A stretch of DNA of 64,000 nt from Hormiphora californensis (lineage: Eukaryota; Animalia; Ctenophora), in contig CM035353.1 in assembly GCA_020137815.1 (NCBI GenBank), forward strand, positions 7,254,001 to 7,318,000, written 5' to 3'. A model generated the notes under the pieces. The model made no database searches. It was not told where the DNA came from and worked only from the letters and a program-made list of their open reading frames with translations. The translations under genes and the position numbers were made by a program. How positions within the stretch are numbered: the first letter of the stretch is position 1; the number at the start of each line of letters is the position of its first letter. Below, piece after piece: positions 54,205-64,000 of the stretch.

Positions 54205-57200
54205 TTTTTGAGAGCCTGCACTTTGAAATCTCGTCTGTAGAGTGCACCGCTCCGAGCATCGCTAGGCCTTTACTCATTGGAACCTGTTCTGGATGTCTTT
54301 ACTTGGGAGTTACTATTAGAGAGAATTTGTTTCAAGCGCTTATTGATTGTGGAGCATGTGTCAATCTTCTTTCTTACAAGTCAGCTAAACGCTTGGGCAT
54401 TTGTGAGCATCTACGGGCTAGCAACGTTATTTTGGCTGGAGTTTCAGGGGCAAAGGTACAGACTCTTGGTAGTGTGTCCTTGATGGTTGAAGTGGGTGAA
54501 TTTTGTGTTCCAGTTCGGTTTGTTGTGGCTGAAGTAGTGGAAGACTGTATTCGTGGGCAGGAGTTTCTCCACTGAAAACAGCTGGTGGTTAATTTCGGAA
54601 ATAGGATGCTGCTTGGGTCTGGGATAGAGGTTAAGCTCACAATGCTTGATCGAGGGAATCAAAAGTACGGCTTGTGTACTACAGAAGAGTACAGTGAGGT
54701 TGGGAACTGGGTGATGAATGTTGTGTATGATGGAAGAGAGCTTGAGGAGCCGAGGGACGGTTCTTATGTTCTCAAATTTCAAGAGGAATTAAAATGGATG
54801 GTTGATGAAGATGTGGAAGACCCGTTGGTAGTAGTAGTCTCAGGAGGAACACTGGATCTACCAGTTAGTTTGGAGGGAAAAACTGAGCTGAGGATACCGA
54901 AGGGTTACCGAGTGGCTACAGTGGAACCTGTACATGATTTGTCTAGTGTAACGGCAAGGCAGCAGTATTCTGGGGATTTCGATAAGGAGCGTGTGAGTGA
55001 ACTTCATAAACTGCTGAAGATTGAAAATAAGGAGTACCTTACACCTGATCAGCAGCAGTCCCTCAAACAACTCACACATGATTTTGCTGACATCTTTGCA
55101 CTTGACCGGAGTGAGCTAACTTGCACAGACTTGATCGAGCATCATATCGATCTCACTACAGACAAACCGGTGAGAGCTCCTTATAGGCGTGTTCCATTGC
55201 ACCTCAGAGAAGATTGTATAAAGGAGTTAGAAGAGTTGCTGCATTGTGGGATCATCCAGCATAGCGAAGGTGGCTATAACACGCCGGCTTTGGTCTTGAA
55301 GGGTAAAAATAAACTGAGGATAGTTCTGGATTTTAGGGAGTTGAATAAGATCACTGACAGATCGTACTGCACTGTACCTGCCCTCAACACCATTATTGCT
55401 GGTTTTGCTGGTGCTAATTCTTCAGTTCATTTGATTTAAGGATGGGTTTCTACAGATCCCATTAAGGGAAGAGCATCGCAAGTTTACCGCGTTTGCGATA
55501 CCAGGGATTGGCCATTTTGAGTTTTGTAGAATGCCGCTGGGTCTGTGTTCATCTCCGGGTGTGTTTCAAACATTGATGGATCGTCTGTTAGCCGGATTAC
55601 CTCCCACTGTTGCATCTGCTTTCATTGATGACATTCTGTCTCCAGGAGAAACGGTTGAGCAGGCCTTGGAAAATTTGAAGGTGGTTTTTGGCAGACTGAG
55701 GATTTCGAAGTTGAGACTTAGCCCTCACAAATGCAAGTTGTTGGAGACTAAAATTAAATTTTGTGGGGGTCTACTTGAGTGCGAAGGGGATTGAGGCGGA
55801 TGCTGAGAAGGTAGCTGCACTAAGGGAAATGCCGCTTCCCAAGTCGATTAAAGAGGCCCGGTGTATGATGGGAGCGTTTAATTGGTTTCGAAATCACATT
55901 CCTAAGTTCTCGGATAAGGCCAAGGGATTAACGGACTGCTTAGAGCAGTGAGAAGTTTGAAGTAACGCCCGAGCTCAAGGAGAGCATTGAAACCCTTTTG
56001 GAGGAGCTCTGTAATCCTCCCATTCTTACGTACCCTGATACTAAGAAAGAGATGATTGTGTACACGGATGCTAGTGAAAAGGGTATTGGTGGATCAATTG
56101 GACACATCATTGACGGGGAATATCATCCAATCGCTTACAGTTCAAAAGCGCTCACTCCAACTGAGCAGAGATGGCCTTCCTTTAAACGCGAGTTTTATGC
56201 ATTGTGGTACCATATTACTCAAGCATGGCGTTTCTACTTGGTTGGGGCTAAATTCAAGTGCTACATCGACATGAAATCAATAACGCAGGAGGGTTTCTTG
56301 AAGCACAGCAACCAAGCCATTATGTTGAGGTGGTTCATGGACTTGTCGGCTTTTGATGTTGAGTTGATTTTTAAAGCGGGTAAAGAGATGGATCTACCTG
56401 ATTGTTTGTCGAGGTTACCTAAAACCTCTTCAGAATTGTTTGAGTGGTGGTCTCAGGACAAACCTATAAAGTGAGGATGAAGATAAGGAGTCGGGGGAGT
56501 GTGCAAGGGTTGCGTGGGTGCAGATTGGTAGCTGTTTGCCTGTGAATTGTTACAGTGATGAAGCAAGTGATGGGAATGTGGTTGTGAGTGGTTCTAAGGT
56601 AGGGGCTCATAGTGATACAGAAGGGACATTTGATAAACCTTTGCCGCCTCCAAACAGTGACCGGCTGCGTGAAGTACAAAAGGGGAGTTCAGAAGTGCAA
56701 GAAGTGGTAGTTTGGTGAAAGAAATGAGACCGAAACGTCCGAGGTTTTCAAGTTCAAGCAATGGGCGTGGAGATATTTTGAGCATCTGGTTTGATGAATG
56801 ATCAGCTCTGCTACAAGTACTTTAGATCTCCGTCGAGAAAGTTTGCAGCTCTCATAGTTGTTCCTGATGAAGAGATTCAAAGAGTCATAGAGCTACATCA
56901 TGATCCCGATTCTCAAGGCACCAGGGTCCTAAGAAGACCCTAGGCAAGGGAGGGACAAGTACTTTTTCAGGGGTATGACGTCAGCAGTTAAGTTATTTTG
57001 TGAAACTTGTCCTTATGTTCTTACACATCAGATCCTTACAAACGAAATCCCGCAGCACCTATGAAGATTTTCGGTCATCGAGGCCCATCAGCATGTTGCA
57101 ATTGACTTGGTAGGCCAATTAGAGGGGGCTGTAAACAAGTGGATCTTGACGATCGTGTGCAAGTTAACTAGGATGGTTGAGGCTGTTCCGTTGGCAAACG

Positions 57201-60200
57201 CTACAGCTGTTGTGATAGCACGGGGTCTAGCAAACAATTGGGTTTTTAAGTATGGGGTGCCAGATGGCATAGTGTCTGATAGAGGGGCGAATCTAACGAC
57301 GGCTGTTGTAATTAAGGAGTTGTATGACGTTTTGGGGATAGAGAAGCGCCAAACAACAGCTTATCACCCCAAGGGTAATGGCCATGTCGAAGCCTATAAC
57401 AAGGTGATGGTAGTGACACTACGGAAAATGGTTGGAGAGTTTCCCAATACGTGGCCAAACAAATTGCCTGCGGCCATATTTGCCATCAACAACTCTGTCT
57501 GTGAAAGTACGGGATTTGCGCCTGCGTGTTTGTGGTTTGGAAGGGCTCTCAGAACCCCCACTGATTTAGTCTTTGGGACGACCACTACGGAGTATTATGC
57601 TAGCAGTTATCACTGGGCTAGTAAGCTGTTTAAAGATGTGAGGGATACATTTAATATTGTAAGAGTGAACTCTAACAACACCCTCATGAAACATAAACTA
57701 GCTCATGACAAGAAAAAGAAGTTTCATCACACATATCAAGTGGGTCAGCGGGTGTTGGTGTGGAAACCTATAGCTCCGTGGGTAAAGGATTTTCGGAAGT
57801 TCAAGGTTGGGTTCTCTGGGCCGTGGGAAATCATTAAGGTCATCAGTGAATGGACATATTTGGTAAAGTATGAAGCCACGGGGAAGCAAGAGGTAGTTCA
57901 CTTTGACAAACTGAGGTTTATCGAAGACAGTTTACGAGCTACTCATTGGAACAAGAAACCTATGGGGCTGGGCACGAACAAAAATGTGACAGAGAAGGGA
58001 CAAGAAACAGACTGTCACGTGGTGGATGAGGAAGATGAAAGTGATGAGGAGTTTCCGGGTGAGGAGATTTCTATAATGGACAACACTGGTTCTAATGTAG
58101 AAGAGCCAGAAAATTTCACTCTGGATAGTGAAGTGGTTCCTCAGCCCACACCGGTTGATGAAGGTCCAGTTGAAGAGGTGCAGACGGAAGAAAGCGATGA
58201 AGAACCTGATGTACCTAGGTATAACCTGAGACCTCGTTAGTGTATCGGGTAATGGGGTGAAAGATCATGGTGGGGTCCTGTATTCTATCGGTAGACGGTA
58301 CCTTAGCATTATCACTTGCATCATTCAAGATCACCTAGTTTTAGAAAGAAAAAGAAAATGTTCAAAAATATTATGAGAAAGTGTGTGAAAATCGTGTGCA
58401 TATAGGTATAATAAGAAGGAATTCATATATCACATTAGAACACTCTAACCGTGTAAGAGATGAACTGAAAGACTCTACAGGGTGATAAGAATTGTGATTA
58501 TGATTGATTTGCATATTTATTTTTTGTGTTGATACCCCCTGCATCTCCCCCACGAGAAAATTTTGGGTCATCGTGAGTAGAAGAGTAGTTTGGAGTTTGA
58601 GTTGAGACTAGTATGCGAGGTATACTAGAGATGTAATTAGTTGTTTGGTTCACCTCTGATAGTGTTATTATATAGCCTCTGTTTACTGTTAGTATGAATA
58701 ATTGAGAATGAGATACAAGTGATATGAAAGTGATATGAACGTGATATGAAGTGTTGAAATGAATAAGAGATTAAGGCTCGATCGAGCATGGGGTTGTATT
58801 GAGACAAGCCTCAGTTTTCCTACCTAAGACAGCTGCTTTAGATATCAGATATAATATTTACTTAAATTTACGCATGTATAATCGCGTTCGAGTAACTGGG
58901 TACAACTGGTACACCCCTAGAGCTCACTTTTCCATGGTTGTACCCCTCCATCTTATTGTCCTAAAAGTGATGTCTTAAGTGGCAAGTGTTCACGAAATGA
59001 GAAATGAGAATATGTGAAAGATATATGTGATGAAATGATAAGATTTACAGAGGTTTATTAAAGAGTTGAGGAGAGAGTTCAAAAAATGTGGGGGAGAGAG
59101 TGAGGAGTTACAGTACTCCCTCAGTGTCTAGCTCGACGTCTCAATTTACAGTACGGGAGAATCTCATTCCCGCTTGAAAGTTTGTTCCTGATCACACCAC
59201 AAACATGGATCTCATCCAAGCCTACTAACATCAACCAACCTGAAACCTCGGACATCTACCTAAATGAAAGCCAGTTCCCGATCTACACAGTTGATTGTGA
59301 AGCACCCTGTACTATGACGCCTGCCACCACGCTGAACTTGAAGAGGATTCCTACTCTACTGCATTCACTGCTGCAGAGGACCGGAATTGATTGCTACGTT
59401 TGAAATTGGCGCTGGACACATGGGGGATACTGAGAGAGAAAAAAAAAAAAAAAAAAAAAGAGGAAAAAAAAGGAAAAGAAAAGAAATAAAAGAGAAAAGT
59501 TTCTAGACTTCAATTTGTTGCTGTAATTATTCTAATCCATTCATCTTAATCGTTCCATTTTGAAAATTCTTCAATGAAGACAGCACTAATAACGTCAGCG
59601 AAGGATCAAACTCCGCGATGAAGCGGTTCTTCGGAGCTTCTAAGCCGACATTGTGGAATTGGATCAGAAGGTTAGGCTAGCAACAGTTAAAAACGGACTT
59701 GATAATTATTCAAAATGCTGCAGGGCACTCGAATGCACCTAAAAATAAAAAATCACAGGCGGAGAGAAATCAACAGATTTTGAATGAAGTTTCTTACCCA
59801 TTTTTCCAGAACGGGCACTTTTTAACAACATCGAGTTCAGCCCAAGGAAACTATGGGACGCACGGATCCAGGTTTTTGATTGTGTAAGCCTACAGAACGA
59901 GTACACAACGAGATAATGATGGAATTAACAACATAATTTGTGAGGAAGAGAACGCACAGGAGGCAAAAAACGTTGTAGAGGCGTTAAACATAATGAAACG
60001 TTTAGCTCTTCGAACAGAGATAGATAGTAATAATATACTATCCCTCATACCCTTTACACCCTCCTCCGAGACAAGAAGTGTGTAGGGAGTGCCGTGACAG
60101 AGAGGGTCGGATACGCGGAGTGATAAAACAACTTCAGGACATATTGGGCGAGAAGGTAAGGGTGACGGGTTGTAGGGACATGGGCCCCTTTCCCCTTCCA

Positions 60201-60937
60201 GAACCTGGTTTCCAAGGATTTAAGGAGGGGGAAGGCACTCCCTTCTAGAATTAGAGGGGACAGAACTGGAGGAAAAAGTAAAGGATCCGATATTGACCTC
60301 CAGTCAACCTCCACTAGATATGGATGTTCCGATGGAGGAGCAGCAGGAGGTGGAGGAGCTGGTGATAACAGAGTCCCAGCTGACCTGGACACAATCATCG
60401 GAAGAAGGGGGCGCCAGTGTATCTGGGGCGGCGACGGAAGGAGAAGCATTAGCCTGGAGGCAGGTACGAAACAGGGAAAAGAAAAGAAATAAAGAGAGAA
60501 AGAGAATTTAACTTGTTTGTTTAGAATTATGCTAATAATAGATTTTCTTTTAACATAGTAGGGTACAGTGGTTGTAATTGTGCTGTCTGCAGGAAGGGGT
60601 GTATGCACACAGTGCCACTACAATTAGTGTAATCCCGGTATCATAATAAGTAATCATAATGTAATATTATTAGTGTGTCATACCCTATTACTTGGGTTAC
60701 TGCCTAGTGCCTACTGCACTAGGTGGTAACAGGGGTGAACCAATGAGTTAGAGTGAGTCGGCGACAAGTACTGTAACTAGAGTTAGTGTGTTTAGGAAAG
60801 TCAGAGATGCAGGGAGTAGTTCCGAGACAGTTCAGATTTATACCTATCCTTCTATTTTGCACCACCAAGTTCTGTGTTTTATAAAAGTCTAAAAGGGTAC
60901 CTAAAAGCCCGCTGACGGAGAGCAAGACCACTCTTAA

Positions 60938-63308
60938 CCCTTTGAGGACCATAACGATTGGCCGAACAGAATTTTCTAATTTTTTGTGGAGAAGGTCAGG
61001 AGAATAGTCTAAGATTATACGAAAAGGGTTTACTGAAATCGGGTTTTTACTTTTTGTGTTATGACATGGGTCATATATGACCCAGTGGTACTTATATGGT
61101 ACAAAAAGGTTAGAGACGTCCTGTGTGAGCTATACTGTTATCAGGGACATAAAAACCGGCTCATTGGTGTGCTAGAGGCATGACTAAACTGTTACAACCG
61201 GAATATTACGTCTCAGACGGTTTTTTACCTGATTTGGGTCATATATGACCCAGTGGGCCGTTTGGGAAAATTTCAATGATATTGCCGAAAACTAACGAGT
61301 TTCGCTATTTCAACACAAAATAAGCATTTGAAAGTTATTAATATGCTATATAATGATTGTTTAACCATTCAAATTAGATATTATGGGAATATTTACTAGA
61401 TTTGGGTCATATATGACCCAGTGGGTCGTATAGGAAAAAATCATACTTCGAATTCAAAAACTCAAATTTCAATCCTTATTTGATGTACAGTCGGACCCCG
61501 ATTTACCGGGATGCTCGGGGGAAAGGGTTTTGCCCGGTAAATCGGGGTGCCCGGTATATCGGGGTCAAATACTGCTAATTTCCTATTTCGGGGGAAGATT
61601 ATCTTCCCGGTAAATCGGGGTTCCGGTAAATCGGGGCCCGGTAAATCGGGGTCCGACTGTACAACCAATTACTCGTATCAATACAAATCCAATCAATAAT
61701 AGTCCAATCATTCTAACTGATGGTGATGATAAAAACAGTTGCGCTTTTGAGTCAGACAGAACCCCTCCCTTTACAACCACTAGCCGAACAACCAATATAG
61801 GTTTTCTTGTCCGATTTGCAAACATTACACTTACGCCTCTGATCGACGTAAACTGGAAGATGGCTCCCAGAAAGAGCTGGAGCAGATGATCCGTCTTTCT
61901 TAACCTGTTGCAATGGGAATGCCCGTTCTATACAACTAAAGTCCTCAACTATACCTCTACAAACTGCCAAACGAAATTCTTTCGAAGTTTCAGTTTTGTT
62001 CGGATGGATGGCCTGGTAAGCTATTCGTGAGTTCATGAGTGATTGATCCATAATATTAAACACTAGTCTGAGATAGTACCTGTGTTTCGACCTCCTATCA
62101 GTTCCACAAGTAATAGACAGTCTGTCGTGCAAGTCGACTCCCCCATTATATAGGCATTGTAGGACTTGATCACTTCTGGGCATGGAAAGGACGTCTTTGT
62201 TGCCTTCCCCTTCACTCTTCTCAGGACTGTTTCGACTTTTTCACAGCTATTGGCGCTTGTAATGACATGAACAGGCTTATTGTCGATCCATTTTACCACG
62301 TTTGTTGCCGTAGATGCTACCGCAGATGCTGCAGGTGACCGGAATATCTTCATCTCTCCACGTGACATGTCCTTATCTGCAGGAAACGATGGCATTCCTT
62401 TTCGACCTGCTGAAACTACCCCGGTATAATCCATTCTCGAGAAGATGCAAGAGTAAAACTGGTTGCCTTTATCAATTTGCCTTATACACGGGACGGAAAG
62501 AATCACCTGAGCTGGGGCTAGGCGAATCTGTTGCTGTTAGTCTCACAGAATCTCTGTAGGACACCTGGGTCAACGTGTACGCCGACAACTACTTCTCAAC
62601 CCCCGCCCTAGTCCTCAATCTTCTCGAGAATGGTATCTATTATACCGGGGTAGTTTCAGCAGGTCGAAAAGGAGCCATCGTTTCCTGCAGATATAAAGGA
62701 CATGTCACGTGGAAAGATGAAGATATTCCGGTCACCTACCGCATCTGCAGTAAGTAACAAGGCTGTTCATGTCATTACAAGCGCCAATAGCTGGGAAAAG
62801 TCGAAACAGTCCAGAGAAGAGTGAAGGGGAAGGCAACAAAGTCGTCCTTTCCATGCCCAGAAGTGATCAAGTCCTACAATGCCTATATGGGGGGAGTTGA
62901 CTTGCACGACAGACTGTCTATTACTTGCGGAACTAATAGGAGGTCGAAACACATGTACTATCTCAGACTAGTGTTTAATATTATGGATCAATCACTCATA
63001 AACTCACGAATAGCTTACCAGGCCATCCATCCAAACAAAACTGAAACTTCGAAAGAGTGGTTGTAAATGGAGGGGGTTCTGTCTGACTCAAAAGCGAAAC
63101 TGTTTTTATCATCACCATCAGTTAGAATGATTGGACTATTATTGATTGGATTTGTATTGATACGAGTAATTGGTTGTACATCAAATAAGGATTGAAATTT
63201 GAGTTTTTGAATTCGAAGTATGATTTTTTCCTATACGACCCACTGGGTCATATATGACCCAAATCTAGTAAATATTCCCATAATATCTAATTTGAATGGT
63301 TAAACAAT
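60938..63308. mobile_element. rearranged piggyBac with inverted duplication of its 3' half
   Basis: TTAA-CCCTTTGAGGACC end; repeated TGGGTCATATATGACCCAGTGG. Transposase pieces (DNYFS, WIDNKPV, YNAYMGGVD, C-terminal Cys-rich CNVC..C...C) on - at 61752-62446 and on + at 62446-63066. Confidence 0.88.
61488..61659. mobile_element. CAGTCGGACCCCG MITE in the left piggyBac arm
   Basis: TA TSD; the empty site is preserved in the mirror arm (TGGTTGTACATCAA, ~63171-63184). Confidence 0.92.
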
Positions 63309-64000
63309 CACTGCGCTGGCAAGCGCAAAGGTGGCCCCATCCAACCCCCCGAAAAAAATTCCCCCAAAAAACGGCCCGCTTGCTCACAGCGTATATATAG
63401 TTATTTCATACTTTTAGCCCATTTTGGCACTTTTTGACACGCCATAACTCCGGAACCGGATGAGCTAGGAAGCTGAAATTTTGTACTCAGAAGCTTCTTG
63501 TAGACATCTATCGATGGTAAAAATTTCAAGTGGCTAGCTCATTTTGTTCAAAAGTTATAACACCACCCCCAAAACAGAAAATTCAGTGTGGGGATAACTA
63601 GGTTGATACATCACTGCGCTGGCAAGCGCAAAGGTTGCCATTCCCCCCCCCCCCCCAAAAAGCGCTGCCAGAAACGCAGTTATACGTTTTATGGGTGTTT
63701 GGCTGAAAAAGCCGGATTTCAAAAGGCTATAGCGTGGCTCTCTTTCATCGGTTTGACTTGAAATTTGGAATGAATACCCGGCTCGGGGTCTTTGACTCAT
63801 GTTAAAAATTTGAAGTCTCTATCTCATCTGGGTCCGAAGTTACAGACTGGTCCCATTTGCTATAGATTCAGTGTAACGGACACGCGCGCGCGCGCGCATA
63901 GGAGAGACGCTTTTTTTGAACACGGTTCTGAATGAACGGAAAGAGATAGAGACTTCTCGTTTTCACTAGCTTGTAGATCTACTCAATTATTGTGTTATTA
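63309..64000 (+). mobile_element. CACTGCGCTGGC-family repeat truncating the right piggyBac arm
   Basis: Start motif at 63309 and 63612; similar to 34647-35060; runs off the window edge. Confidence 0.7.

Larger units (their letters stand above)
51543..60924 (+). mobile_element. full-length Ty3/Gypsy LTR retrotransposon (frameshifted)
   Basis: LTRs 51543-51860 and 60604-60924 (TGC...GCA); TSD AGAC; PBS-like TGGAACCCCCGGCGGGACT at 51863; PPT AGGAAGGGG at 60591. Order: gag (CWNCDRPGHIARNC), PR (ALIDCGA), RT (AFIDDIL), RH (YTDAS..PDCLSR), IN (AIDLVG, SDRG, GHVEAYN, FSGPW). Confidence 0.95.

Overview
Eukaryotic, intron-containing, very repeat-rich animal DNA. It is most likely a ctenophore (Pleurobrachia-like); this is an inference from the LDLa-rich GPCRs and from MITE families I recall from that genome, and is not verified. 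Host genes that I could rebuild by hand from GT-AG boundaries and phases: on the - strand, the 5' end of a prolidase (PEPD), a 90-aa secreted 6-Cys peptide ending in Phe-Gly, a UBX-domain gene and a PROSER3-like gene with a second copy across a CR1 LINE; on the + strand, HGS/Hrs, a zinc-knuckle TATDN2-like nuclease, tRNA-Ser(AGA), a U6 fragment and alpha-tubulin; then a long - strand kringle-LDLa-7TM receptor gene with a divergent LDLa-7TM paralogue on the opposite strand. The right third is almost entirely mobile DNA: a minisatellite-armed TIR element holding an ORF1-only LINE, a 9.4-kb Gypsy element (with a -1 frameshift signal, a nested hammerhead-bearing Penelope-like insert, a Helitron-like insert and extra 3' ORFs), and a piggyBac turned into a foldback. 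Introns are packed with palindromic non-autonomous transposons that often abut splice sites. Single-base indels break even alpha-tubulin, so many frameshifts are probably consensus errors rather than real pseudogenisation.
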